Below are positions 1 to 15,559 of a stretch of DNA of 64,000 bases, one piece after another. A model generated the notes under the pieces. That model saw only the letters and a program-made list of their open reading frames with translations. It was not told where the DNA came from and did no database searches. Both the position numbers and the translations under genes were made by a program. This DNA is from the human T2T-CHM13v2.0 reference genome, Homo sapiens. The stretch is taken from NCBI RefSeq assembly GCF_009914755.1, contig NC_060927.1. One strand, given 5' to 3'. Every line of letters starts with the position of its first letter. Positions within the stretch are counted from its first letter, which is position 1.

Positions 1-230
1 AGCAGCCGTTCCTGCTCCTACCCAGCCCCGGTTACTCCTTCTGGGACCTCAGGCAAGTGACTTCGCCTCCCCTCACTGGTCTCCCCTGTGAACAGGGGCT
101 CCAGCTGTTCTTCCTGCACAGGCCATCGAGCCAGTAAAATGAACTTGGCACCCAGCGCATCCATACGGAGGGTCTTGGAGAACAACTTCTCTTCGGACCT
201 TAGAGTTTCTAAGGTGATTCTAGAATTCCA

Positions 231-1630
<1,400 letters not shown>

Positions 1631-2070
1631 TTACCCTCAGCTCCGGTTCCTCCTTTTCTCCATTTGTATCCAGGTATTTCCACCTTTGGAAGGGCCATGA
1701 GGTTCGGCCATGCTGTTGGGCCGGATTGTCAGAAGCAATGCCAGCCTAGCAAGTGCCTCCCTGACAGTCCACTCCGGTTGGTGTAGGATGGGGCTTCACA
1801 GGTGTAGAACTAGTGGGCTGTCTCCACCACCAGGCAATGTGCCTGCCCTCACTAGCAGCCCTGATTTTTCCGGATGGGGTGAAGGCACCATCCACTCCAT
1901 CAGCCCTCAGGAGCTCTGGCATGAAGCTTTGGAGCTAGAGGTGCACCCTCCTGCCTAGGAGTCATTGCTACCTCAGCACTTGCAGCTGCAGCCCTGGTTC
2001 TGGGGCCACTGCAGCAGATAGGAAAGGAGGAAGGCGAGGTGATGTGGAGAAGAAAAGAAAAGCAGTCTTA

Positions 2071-2446
<376 letters not shown>

Positions 2447-2699
2447 CTAGCAGGGACCCTCTCCTGGCCCTTCTCATGTTTGGGGTGGACACACACTTGT
2501 GATGGCGTGCAAGTCACTCTTTCCTGCCCCACCACCTCTGTTTTAGACAACCAGTATCCATGACATGTTCCAGTTCTCTATCCAACCTTACGCCAAGGAT
2601 GAGAGTGCTCTGCCCCTTGTGGGACATTCAGGGCTGTAAAGTGTGTCCCTTGGTCGGGAGAAGTGTGAGTGGGCAGTGCAAATTCGTGCACTGTCTCCC

Positions 2700-4180
<1,481 letters not shown>

Positions 4181-5384
4181 GCCAGAAGGGCAGGTTTACC
4201 TGCCTTCTATTTTACAGCAATTGGTGGGAGAAGCATTCCCCAGCCAGACCATCTCTATCCCCAGCATATGCTCCGATAAAGCAGGTGCAGGCACTTCACA
4301 GAGAATTTGTTCCAACATTCCAGTTTTCACCTAAGTATCCACCTTAATTCCGTCAACCATCACATTTCTAAATCCTCCCCATTGAACGAGAGCCTCCATT
4401 CGGGCTTCGCTGACAGGGTTTGGAATCACAGAGCAGAGGCTCCCACAGACGGAGTCTGTTCTCCTCCCCCGGCCATTTCACTCACCCGTGTGTGTATGGC
4501 TTTGGGTCCCCAGCTAGGGGGTGGGCCGAGAGACTCAGGCCTTCTCCTGGTTAGATTGTGAGACCACTGCCTCAGGCAACTCGAGATCAGAATTCTCACT
4601 GTCATTTTAGGCCTCCCAGGTTTTAAAAATCTTCCGAACTAGAATGAATAAAGCAGATTTTTTAGGGCCTTTTCACATTGGGCGGCCGGCAGGGTCCATC
4701 CAGCTTCTGTGAGTGCTGCATTGAGACCGTTGTTTCGTCCTCATCAATATCCACTTTATTCATCTTATTTCTTAACACCTGTTTAAAAGCTTCCACCCTG
4801 CTGGGATGAGTCCCTTGACTCTCTCCTTGGTCCTACCCCTTTGTTTTGTCCATGCTCTTATGAAAACCTTTACTATCTGTTGTCTCGGCACACTTTTCCC
4901 TTTGGAGGAGGCTCTGAGGCCAGTAGCTACACCTTGGGTCAACTGACTGTACCCTGGCCCAGCATCGGAATCTACCCCACACATTCCTTGGGTAGGGCTT
5001 CAGGCTAGAGGCTGTGGTCCAGGCTGACCAGAATCTTGGCTCAGCACCAGGGTCCCTTCCTACACTCACTTACCTTTTAACCACTGCAGATAACAATAAC
5101 CAAGGGATTTCACATTTTCCCTTTTTGTTGTTTCTTTGCATTTCCTTATACTCTAGTGAGCCAACTGCTTAGGAGTTGGATCCCTCATTTCTAAATTCCA
5201 TTGATAACTTTTACCTTACAAAAAATTGATTGTATTGGTTCTACCTGCAAGTGTACTTGAAAAAAAAAAAAAGACAAAAAATGGATTGCAGCACAGCCAC
5301 CACCAGGAATGAAAGTTTCCTCAGCTCCTACCCTTTTACTCTTCCCAAACCACATGTTCCAGTGAGTCAGGGTTGGTCTAGAAA

Positions 5385-5402
5385 GTCCCAACTCTGACAC
5401 CA
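5385..5402 (-). other. Retroviral primer-binding site, tRNA-Leu type
   Basis: + strand gtcccaactctgacacca matches the tRNA-Leu(CAA) 3' end atcccacttctgacacca at 15/18, and lies 2 nt from the LTR end (..CCTTACA on minus). Confidence 0.75.
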
Positions 5403-5404
5403 AC

Positions 5405-5835
5405 TGTAAGGAGTTCAGCAAATGATAGAGTTTAAGGAAGGAGTCCCCACCAGGCTGCTCTTACTTCAGGCACCAGCCGAGAGTGGGGTTTCCAGGATCA
5501 CCGTCCCTTCAGATCAATTGGTGACATAGTCAGAGGTCCCTGTAACCACCCTAAGATACAATCATTCACTAGAATGACTCAAAGAAAAGTATAGCACTTA
5601 GGAAAGTGCTATACTTATTACAATTTTATTATAGTGAAAGCATACACATCCAAGCCAGCCAAGGGGAGAGACACAGAGGGCAAAGTCCAGGAAGGGTCCA
5701 AACATGGAGTTTCTGGTTGTCTCAGATGGTGTGACCTCCACCCAGACATGATGTATGATAATACACAAAGAGGATAAACAACCAAGGAAGTTTATCTGAG
5801 CCTTTGGTATCCAGAGTTTTTACTGGAGCTCATTG
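5405..5835 (-). mobile_element. Partial 5' LTR of the provirus
   Basis: MER21-group sequence; AATAAA on minus strand at ~5625-5630; truncated near 5835. Confidence 0.75.
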
Positions 5836-5839
5836 GTGG

Positions 5840-6190
5840 TTGGGGCACAGATATTCCCCAGCACAAGGTGGCAGCACGATTGCTAAAGATGGCACCAGTG
5901 GTGGCCCGGGAACACTCACAGGGAATGCTGGTAGAGGGAATGCTGTGGCTGGGAATGCTGATGCAGGCATTGGAAAAATTTGAGGGAATGATGGCTACAA
6001 AGACCAGAGGAATTGGACTGCTGAGTTATACTGCCCTGCAGAGGGATGAGAGAGTCTGAGCTGTGAGTTGGAGGTTGGTGGCCAAGCGGGAGGCAGAAAG
6101 CCTATGGCAGCTCACAAAGCGGCACCTGTCTCCTGAAGGGGAAGGGCAGGCAGAGCTGAGTGGCAGGCCGAAGACCTGATTGTGAATTTT
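5840..6190 (+). mobile_element. Old ERVL/MaLR internal (gag-like) fragment
   Basis: caggcattggaaaaatttgagggaatgatggctacaaagac..gaattgg resembles the start of ERVL-type gag; contains 3x gggaatgctg at 15-bp period (5921, 5936, 5951). Confidence 0.45.
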
Positions 6191-7214
6191 CTGTTGAACA
6201 TAATAAAAAAAAAGTCCAGCTGGATGCAGTGAAAAGCAGGGAAGGGCATGCCAGCCCAAGGGAACAGCACGTGCAAAGCTTCTGAAGCGGAGAAGCCTGA
6301 TCTGCCTGGAAGGACTGGATGAGGGATGAGGGTGGAGGGGGTGGGGTGAGGCAGGGTCAGCAAGGCACCACGAGCCTCCACCAGGGCTCTGAGCAAATCC
6401 CCAGAGCACTGGGAGCAGCTGAAGCACGGGGCAGTGATGACAGCCTTGGAACTGCATTTCCCCATACCCCTCTGGCTGTAGGCTGGAGAATGGATTATAA
6501 GGGAGGCCCTGCTGGAGCTGATCCCTCTGGGGATATTGGGATGCTATGGTGTGGGGTCCTGGGATGCCAGTCTTATCATTTGGGCTGTATCTCATGCCTG
6601 GGCCCCTCTCTTATCTCAGGGACAAGACAGTGACTCACCCATCTCAGACTGGACAAGCCTGGCGGACCCATCTCAGCTAGAGCAGCGACATTCACACCCA
6701 TGTTCATGATCTCCACCCTCCCGCATGTGCGCTGCTCTCCCGGCCCTGAGGAGGGGTGTGTGGAATGGAACACAGGTCCCCAGACCCCAGACACACTCAT
6801 ATGTGTTAGTCCCACACGGTCAGGGCAGCACCCAGCCCACCTGCTGGCCTCCCCTGCCAGGGCCTTCCTGCTGCCTGTGGGGCCCACACCTGGGTCAGCC
6901 TGCCTGTCCTCTCTGGGCATGGCCAGCCTGGGACCAGCTAGAGATGGGCACACCATGATGGGCAGGTCTGTGCAGCTGCCCCACCATCAGGGCATGCAGA
7001 GGGCATGTGGGGAGTGCCTGGGGCCCCTGGCCTTCCTGTTGGGTTAGTTTGGAGAGCTAGGGGGTGAAGGCTGGCACTCACCCACACCATTGTCCCTGGG
7101 GGCTGTGTCAATATCCCCATCCCTGCCCCGCCGGCCTCCATCCTAACACCTTCATTGTGTATCTCTGTGCTGAAAATTGGTTTAGAAAATGGGTACTGTG
7201 GTGCGGTGGGCATG

Positions 7215-7950
7215 TATTTTTTAAAATAAAGTTTTAGTTTTAGAATAGTTTTTGATTTCTAGAAAAGGTGCAAAGATAATTCTGAGTAGTCCCCCACCTA
7301 ATTCCGTTTACTGTTAACACCTTACATTACTATATGTGCACAGTGAGATATGTGTCAATCAATATTGATACATTCTTAACTAAAGTCCATACTTTATTTA
7401 GCTTTCCTTTGCTTTTATTTAATGTCCTTTTTCTGTCCCAGGACCTCCTCTGGGATACACATTACGGTTTCTTAGACTAGCTCTGGGATTTTGTTTTTGT
7501 TTTGAGATTGGGGGGGGGTCTCTCTGTGTTGCCCAGGCTGGTCTTGAACTCCTGGTCTCAAGCAATCTTCTCACTTTAGCCTCCCAAAGTGCTGGGACTA
7601 CAGGTACACGCCGCCATGCCTGGCTCTTGCCTTGGTTTTGACGATTTTGACAGTTGAGGAGGACTGGCCCGATACATCGTAGGATGCCCGCTACTGGGGT
7701 TTGTCTGACACTTTTCTCATGATTAGACTGGGATTGTGGGTCTGGGGAGGAAGATCACAGAGGTAAAGTGCCCTGATCAGCACATCCAATGGAGGGCAGC
7801 TGCTGTCAACATGAGGCATCCCTTGTGATGCTGGCGTTGCCCACCTGGCTGAGGTCGTGCTGATTGGGTCTCTCCACTGTGAAGTTTCTCTTCCTCCCCA
7901 CTCGCTGCAGTGCACTCTTTGGTGCACATATTTGCAGTTGCTTTGCAGCC
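7215..7950 (-). mobile_element. L1MC/MD-type 3' UTR fragment
   Basis: ttttagaatagtttt..aactaaagtccatactttatt..ttttctcatgattagactggg..cacagaggtaaagtgcc typical of antisense L1M 3' ends. Confidence 0.8.
7489..7624 (-). mobile_element. FLAM / Alu left monomer
   Basis: Single antisense monomer tgttgcccaggctggtcttgaactcctgg..cccaaagtgctggga with T-rich tail. Confidence 0.85.
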
Positions 7951-9579
7951 TGGTGTTACGGATGCCACTCGGCTCCCTGATTGTGTAGTCAGCAGTGTTA
8001 AGTGTTCCTTCCTGTTGGCGCACATCTTGTCTGTTGCTGGTGCCTGCTACGGAGTCCTCCGAGGGGCACCCCACACTTTCCCTGGGATCACGTGTCCAGG
8101 CTGCTCCCAGGTACGCACCCCACAGACTCTGCTGCAGAGAAGGGGGCCCATTTGTGGACTTCCCTGGACATGCAACCAAGGAGCGAACTGCTGATCATGG
8201 GTGTCTGTACTCCAGTTTTGACCCCATTTTTTCAGGCTGCCCTCCAGAAAGCCTGTGCGTCCCCATCAATCATCCCACTTCCTGAGATGTGCCAAGTGGA
8301 GGGGCGTGCCGCGCTTGCTTGCCGGCTGTTCTGCACACGGGCGCTAAGGGTTCTGCTTTCTCTGAGTCACTGAGCTACACCCAAAACCAGCATCCCATCC
8401 TGTGGGCTGTAGGCTCAAGTGGGTCATTGCTTGGCTTGGGCACAATATTTAGAAAAGTTTTGAGCCAACATGTCAACACTGAGGAATTTCACGTGCCCTT
8501 TTAGGTTTTGGGCTGCTCTGGAAACCCCAAACTGCTTCTTTCTTATGGTTCCCAAGGTAAATCTGTTCTTCTCAACGTTTTTCATTTGGAAGACCCCGTT
8601 GCCCCACAGCACCTTATGGCTTCTGCAAAATAGACTGGGTCCACTGCAAAGCCCTGTCTCCAGGCAGAGCTTTTCCCGCCAAGGGCTGGGCAGCCTGGCT
8701 GGAGGCAGTGAGCACCCATCGCAGGAGGTATCAGAGCGGCCCCAGCAGGTCCCGGGTGTGGGATGGGGCCACTGACGTTCCCCTCGTTTAGCTTCCATAG
8801 CTTTGTGAGACAGGCATTCTCCTCGCCTGCCGCTCTGCAAGCTGGTGGGACAGAAGCACCTTCCAGCTTTGTGGATGAGTTCTGACGCAGCTGCGGGGCA
8901 ACAGTGCCCCCTCGTGGCTGCAGCCCCAGCCTGGCCGCTCTGCCTGCAACTAATGGAGGGGTGGATTTGGACAAGTGGCACGGGGGAAAGGTGTTTCTGA
9001 CTGCAGGAAGGGCTGCAAGGCTTTCCCACAGCCAGTGTGGCTGGAGGGAAAGGTGCGGTGGGAGCAGAGGCCAGAGGTCTGTGGGGACCAAGTGGGGAGA
9101 GGATGGGATACTGAGTGAGGGGTGGTCCTTGAGGGAATTTGGGCAGAGTGGCCACCCCTCCCTTGAACAGTAGGTCTGTCCATGATCCCAAGGGCTCCCT
9201 GGGGTCTGCTCCTCTGACCCATTCCTAAGACCAAGGGATTCCAACCACAGGAATCTTCCTGCAAACAGATTTGTGGGCTGGCTTGGCCTGGCCTGCTCTG
9301 CCATGGATGGAACCATCGTTGATAGCTAGGGGCTTTAATGATGGAACTGTGGGCAAAATGCACCCCCAAGGGAATGGAGGTGACTCAGTTCCACCAGCAT
9401 CTACCGGCAGCCCCTGCCGTGTCCAGGCTCTGTGCTGGCAGGCTCTGCGTTGCTCAGATCCTGTTCCCACCTACAACCTGGAGGGAGGGCTCCCAGCCCC
9501 ATCTATAGAGGTGGAAACTGAGGTTCAGAGAGAGTGTATGACTTGCCTAGGGCCACACAGGGATTCAACTCTGTAAGGG

Positions 9580-9986
9580 AAACCTCATTGCTCAGGAGAA
9601 TGAGAAGAAAAGCCACAGACTGGGAGAAAATATTTGCAAAGGACATAGCTGATAAATGACTATTATCCAAAATCTACAAATAACTCTTAACACTCAATAA
9701 TAGGAAAACAACCCAATTAAAAAGTGGGCAGAAGATCTAAACAGACACCTCATTCAAGAAGATACACAGATGGCAAATAAGCACCTGAAAGATGCTCCAC
9801 ATAGGTATATCATTAGGGAGCTGCAAGTTAAACCAACCATGAGATACTGCCACGCACCTACTGGAGTGGCTCATATCCAAAGCACTAACACACCAAATGC
9901 TGGCGAGGATGTGGAGCACCAGGAACTCACATTCATTGCTGGTGGGAATGCAAAATGGCACAACCACTTTGGAAAACAGTTTGGCT

Positions 9987-10027
<41 letters not shown>

Positions 10028-10678
10028 CAGACAGGGTCTTTCTCTGTCACCCAGGCTGGAGTGCAGTGAAGCAATCACGATTCACTGCAGCCTCAACCTA
10101 CCAGGCTCATGTGATTCTCCCACCTCAGCCTCTTGAGTAGCTGGGACTACAGGCATGCACCACCACGCCCAACTGATTTTTGTATTTTTTGTAGAGGCGG
10201 GGTTTTGCCATGTGGCCCAGCCAATCTGAAGCCAATCTGAAAAGGCTACACACTGTATGATTCCAACAATACAACATTCTGGAAAAGGCAAAACTATGGG
10301 AACAGTAAAAAGATCTGTGGTTGCCAGGGGTTAGGGGGAAGGGAGCACAGGGGATTACGGGTGGAGTTTAGAGAATTTTTTGGGCGGTGACACTATTCTG
10401 TGTGATACAATAATGGTGGATAAGGGTCGTTGTACATTTGTCCAAACACATGGAATGTACAGCTTCAAGAATGAGCCCTCACGTAAACCATGGGCTGTGG
10501 GTGACACTGATGTGGCAGTGCAGGTCCCTCATGCACCCCTCTGCTGGGGATGTTGATAGAGGGGAGGTTGTGCACGTGTAGGGGCAGGGAGTGTGTGGGA
10601 ACTCTCTGTACTTTCTGCTCAGTTTTCCTGGGAACCTAAAACTGTTCTAAAAAATTAAGTCTACTTAAAAAACAAAAC
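9580..10678 (+). mobile_element. L1MC/MD-type ORF2 end and 3' UTR
   Basis: gactgggagaaaatatttgcaaa, gctggtgggaatgcaaaatgg, ctggaaaaggcaaaactat, cctaaaactgttctaaaaaa. Confidence 0.9.
9988..10220 (-). mobile_element. 5'-truncated AluJ inside L1
   Basis: T40 tail, cactgcagcctcaacc AluJ type, breaks off at tgtggcccag. Confidence 0.9.
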
Positions 10679-10699
10679 ATAACAGCCCACTGCGTGGCC

Positions 10700-10950
10700 C
10701 TCCCCATACTCCCAAAGCTCACATTCTAGTGGGGAGTCAGACACAGAAACAGACACAACCATGTTGGCAGTCACTGCAATGATGAGGCAGACACAGGGGG
10801 CTGTGGAAACTCAAGAGGGGCCATTATAGTGGCATCAGGGAAGGCTTCCTGGAGGAGGTGTTGCCTCCAGTGGGTTTTGACGTGCAGCAGGAATCACCCA
10901 GCCGGAGATCAGGGCAGGCACTGCAGGCAGCATGCTCAAAGGCACGAAGG
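10700..10950 (-). mobile_element. L2 fragment
   Basis: ctcacattctagtgggga..catcagggaaggcttcctggaggaggtg. Confidence 0.7.
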
Positions 10951-10964
10951 AGTGAGGTGGTGGG

Positions 10965-11290
10965 GGAGCAGCGGAAGTTCCTAGCGCAGCGTGGGGGTGC
11001 TCTGTGCACAGATAAGTTGCGGGCCGCGGGAAACAGGACCCTGGGGGGCCCCCTAGAGCCTCGCGGAGCGGCTTGCAGAGGAGCCTCGGGGCCACGGCGT
11101 GTGTGCAGCGACACCTGGCGGTGGCATGCGGAACTGCGGACGGCTGCGCAGGAGCGGACAGCGGAGAGGCGGTACTGACCGGTGCGAGGCGGTGCTGACC
11201 GGTGCGGGCCGGTGCGGGCCAGTGCAGGCCAGGCCCGGCCGGGGCGAGGCAGGTGGCCAGGTCCGAGGACCGCGTCGCACAGCAGCTTTC
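10965..11290. promoter_or_regulatory. Small CpG-rich patch, candidate enhancer or promoter
   Basis: Dense CpG relative to flanks; ETS-like cggaagt (~10971) and GATA agataa (~11010); 10-bp periodic array. Confidence 0.5.
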
Positions 11291-11299
11291 AGGACCTGG

Positions 11300-11772
11300 A
11301 GAGAAATCGAGGTGGGGGTGCGTGAACGTGGATGGGCAGAAATAACATCTTTTGTACTCTAATTGGAACATAGCATGTCCTTTAATTATGAACGCAATGA
11401 GCTATAGTAGCACTACTGATTTCAGAGATGGCGCAATCTCGCTTTCCTTCCTTAGTACTTTGAAATTGCAGTGGGTATTAGACCCGCTGCTAGACCGTGT
11501 CATTCACTGGGTTAAGAAGGAAGCCCAGGTAGCGCCACGTCACAGACCCCTTTTAGTATTCTGATAACTATAATTTAAATCTAATCGGCATTTAAGAGCC
11601 TACAGGCTTGCCCAGACTGCCAAAGGCGTCTCTGGCACACACACACGCACACACACTAACATGCACACAAGCAGACACACATGCACGCAGACACGCACAT
11701 GAACACATGCACACGCACACTTGCATGTACACACGTGTGTACACATACACACATGCATGGTTGAGAACCTCT
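11300..11772. mobile_element. hAT-Charlie-type DNA transposon relic
   Basis: tattagacccgctgctaga, cagactgccaaagg..ggcac and terminal ggttgagaacc match recalled Charlie-family sequence; subfamily uncertain. Confidence 0.6.
11636..11757. repeat. (CA)/(CATG) alternating purine-pyrimidine tract
   Basis: Seen directly. Confidence 0.95.
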
Positions 11773-12055
11773 CTGGAGAGGAAAGGCAACACCAGTGTGT
11801 CCGCTATGTAGTGGTTTATCAGACAGTTTATTGTGGACATGGACATGAATAAGAAAGGGGCACTGCTAATTAGGCCAAGGCAGTGGATATGAGGTGGGAC
11901 TGTCCCTAGCACACTGGGACCAGGGCTACCCTGAGGCCTGCAGGACACCGGGAGCTGTGTGTGAGTTTGCATCTCTGTAGGCGCGTGGCTGTGAGTGTGG
12001 GGGAACCTGGTGAAACGCATCTGAGGAGGGGAGGGGGTGTCTGCCACTGTTCTGG

Positions 12056-12090
12056 GTGTGTGTGTATGTGTGTGTGTGTGTGTGTGTGTA
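12056..12090. repeat. (TG)n microsatellite
   Basis: Seen directly. Confidence 0.95.
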
Positions 12091-12309
12091 TAGGGCATTC
12101 TGATCTCTAGTACCTGGGTTCTAGCAGATGCCTGACCTACAGCCCTGTGTTCAGCCTGGTCATTCCAGCTCTCAGAGAGACCTTGCCCAGCCATTTCCTG
12201 GGGTAGCAAATGGTCTGGAACCAGTCTGTCTTGCCTCCCCTGAGGGAGACAGGCGGGCTACTTGTGTAGCCTTCTTACCTCACTAAACTCTTCCTTCCTT
12301 CCATGATGA

Positions 12310-12385
12310 TCCCCGTTTTACAGACACAGAAACTGAGGCCCAGAAGAGCTGAATATTTGGCCCAGGCCACACAGGGAGTCCAGCC
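12310..12385 (-). mobile_element. MIR
   Basis: ccccgttttacagacacagaaactgaggcccaga core. Confidence 0.75.
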
Positions 12386-14189
12386 ACGGGTGATGAGGGG
12401 CTGAGGATCGGGGAGGGACAGGAAACCTGGCCTTTCTGAGCCTTGCTGTCCTTATCTGCTGCGTCAGGAGGTGAGAGGAAGATGTTTGGGGCTGAGCTAG
12501 CAGAGAGGACACTGAGCTTTTGGCCTCTCCCCTGTGTAAACCCCACCATGACTCCCCATTGCCACGGCATCAAGTCCCAGTTCCATGGCCTGACATTCCG
12601 GTCCCTGCCCCCTTCAGATTCATTGCCCATCACTCCCCGTCCACTCCCTGCACTCCAGCCACCCTGGCCACCAGCCCTTCCTAGCACCCTCCAAGACCCT
12701 TCTCATCTCCACGCCTCTGCCCATTCTGTACCTGGCAAACTCCTACGCATCCTGCAATGCTCAGCTCTGAGCACCCCACACAGAGTTGGCATCTGCCTGC
12801 TGTGTGCCCCCACCGCCCTCACACATCCCTGCAGGTAGTCCTTCTCAGGACTGATGCAGCAAAATAAGATCCGAGTCCCCAGCACCTAGCACCGTGCATA
12901 AAGCAGGCACTAACAAATGCGTGTCGAATGAATAAGCAAATGTGTGCGTGCACACTCCACCCGCCCCCCTCCTCATGAACTGCTTGAGAGAAGGGCTGGG
13001 TCCTTTCCAGCTACTCAGGTGGCAATCGGAGTTTGTCCAATGTCCAGGCTGGAGCCAGAGTTGAAGGGAGGAGCAGGCTGGGGGTGGTGGTGGCTGCATT
13101 TGGTGTTAGGAGGCCCAGGCTGGGCCTGTGAGCTGGACACCCCACCCCAACACCTGAGGTATCTGCTCCAGGTCCCTCTCTGCATGCTCCTGGATGGGGC
13201 TTGGCTGTGGCTTCCACTCAGGCCCCTGGATATCCCCACTGCAGCTTGGCCCTCTGTGACTCACTCTTTCTTGGCCCTAAAGGTCAGTGCAGGGCCAGGC
13301 CTCGTCCTCTTCTCTGTCCATTTATCAGGTCGGAAGCTCAAGGCTGACCTGGCTGGGGCCAAGGTTTATGTGCTTGTTCACCCCACCCAGCACCTCTGAC
13401 CTTGTGAAACATGCCAGGAAGGGTGGGGACAGGAAGGTGACACTAGGGCCTCTGTGTCTGCCCCGGGGCACTGTCAGCTGGGTCAGGATTTATGCCCTGA
13501 TGTTCCCACCCCCAGACCTGGTCACCAGGCCCACGCCCTAGGTCTGGTGCTGAGCCATCCCTGCAGGGGGCCCAGCAAAGCCTGAGGGCTGGGAGCTGGC
13601 TGGGGTGCGGGGTGGGCCGGGGTTGGGGGTTGGCAGGAGGCAACTGCAGATTAGGTCCCAAGTGAACACTGCTAGCGTCTTTGTCCTGCTGAGAGACATC
13701 GGCTGGGACATCTTGCCTCCTGGGGCCTGTTTCCGCAACTGTAAATGGGCATTGCCTTAGTAGCCACCCTTTGGGGCTCTTGGATAGCACATGTCCACAG
13801 AACCTCAGCTAATGTGCCTGCCTGCAGTGTTCCCCATTTTCTTTTGGGGAGCTCCCCTTGCCAGTACCAACGCACATGGTCTTTGCTGGGCCATCCTTTG
13901 CACACTGTATCTCCAGACCTGGGGCTTGAGAGGGCGCCTCCTCAACAAGGGCCCCAAACGTGGGCTGGGGCTCCAGGGGCAGGAGGTAAGGGAAGAGGTG
14001 GTTTTAGTGGGTTTGCTGGCAGCAATCTGAATCCAGGGGTTGCAGCGGAAGGAATTGGAGATGGGAGGAGGCGCAAGGCCAGTTGGATCAGGGGATACGC
14101 AGGAGATGGTGTCTTTGGTCACCCAGTTGCTCAGTCAGAAACCTGGACAGCCTGGCCCCTGCCCGTCCCCTCATCTCCTAGCCAGCGGT

Positions 14190-14850
14190 GAGTCTTGCAC
14201 AGCCCTCCGCCCACCCACTCCAGCACTCGCCACTTCCTGCCTCTTCCCCTACCTCTACTGCCCCGGCCTGCTTCCACTACCTGTGTCTCTCACCGACGTC
14301 ACTGCAATCGCCTCCTCGGAGGCCTCTGCCTCCTCTCTTCTCCACACCCTCACCCTCCATTGTCACTACCTTGCTCCTCACAGCTGGCTAAGCCATTATG
14401 ACTAATGACTGTTCTCAGCTCCCAGCCTCATGGTTTCCATCACACCAGGATACAGTCACATTCCTTGCCGTGGCCTGTGAGACCCACAGAGTCCTGGCAC
14501 TGCCGCCCCCTGAACCTCCTCTCCCTCCCCTTTCTCTGCCGTGTCCACAGCTCAGTGAGCCCATTCCCACCTCGGGGCCTTTGCACTTGCCGGTCCCTCT
14601 GCCTGGCACATGCTGGCTTCAGTGTTCATAAAGCTCCCTCCCTCCCGTCACTCAGGTCTCTCCTCAGATGTCACCTCGTCAGAGTGGCCTGTGCTGACTG
14701 CCATATCTACAATACCCTTCCCAACGCCTGGCATCCGCCTCCTCACTCTTGTATGAGTGTCTTCAAGGCACGTTCACTTGTGGCTATTGCTTAATATATT
14801 TAGCTGCAGGAGTATAATCTGGGGGCCCCTGGGAGACAGACCCTGGCATG
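14190..14850 (+). mobile_element. L2 fragment
   Basis: cctcggggcctttgcacttgc..actcaggtctctcctcagatgtcacctc. Confidence 0.7.
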
Positions 14851-15015
14851 ATGGGTGTTGTGATGGGGGAAACCGGGCCATGTCCTGGGGACTGAGAGCA
14901 AGTTGCTGCCCTTCTGGGCCTCAGTTTCCCCTTCTGTTCCGTAAGGCCCAGGCTCTCTCCCTGCCCGCTCACGTGTCCTGGGAATGCTGAGCCTTTGCTT
15001 TGTCCTGGAAGTGGG

Positions 15016-15029
15016 GTTGCCATGGAAAC
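15016..15029. promoter_or_regulatory. RFX X-box motif
   Basis: GTTGCCATGGAAAC, one mismatch from palindromic GTTGCCATGGCAAC. Confidence 0.55.
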
Positions 15030-15559
15030 AGAGGCAGGAGGCTCCAGCAGAGGCAGCATCCGCCTCCCTTTGTTAGACCCAGGGCCTGCTTTCTGGGGGG
15101 CCCCCTTCTGTGGAGGAGTCTGTGCTTCTTGAGGGGCCAGTAGCCTCTACTTGGCCCTGCTCTGGCCGTCCTGCTCCCAGCCCCCAGCTTGCAATTTGCT
15201 TCACTAGATTGTAAAGCAGATGATGAAAGGGCAGTGTACCAGGTTAGGAGTGGAAGGTCAGGGGCATCAGGACCCAGGGCACCGGGAAGCAGGAGTGTGT
15301 TCTCACCTCAAGTGGCTTTAGACAGTTCCCCCATCGTCCTCTGTGCCCCTAGCCCTGGCACTCCCTCTGCACACAGCTCCGCTTTGATCAAACCAGTGCC
15401 TGGCCCACCTCCCTGCTCCCATGCCCACTGGGGCAGGATGTGGGCTTGGCGGGGAGTGACACATGGCAGCCCTAGGCGTGGCGACAACTGGAGACATCCC
15501 GTCTGCCTCAGGTTCCCCCTTAGGGCCGGGCGATACAGGAAGGGGGACCTGCTCGTGAG

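Noticed and set aside
5385-5402. tRNA-Leu gene
   Set aside because: Only the 18-nt 3'-end match beside an LTR, so it is a PBS with no cloverleaf
8424-9316. Overlapping 255-aa and 244-aa ORFs
   Set aside because: Several overlapping frames open in GC-rich DNA, no motifs or exon structure
7215-10678. Two L1M 3' ends in opposite orientation as one inverted element
   Set aside because: Unrelated sequence lies between them, there is no shared TSD, and independent insertions explain it
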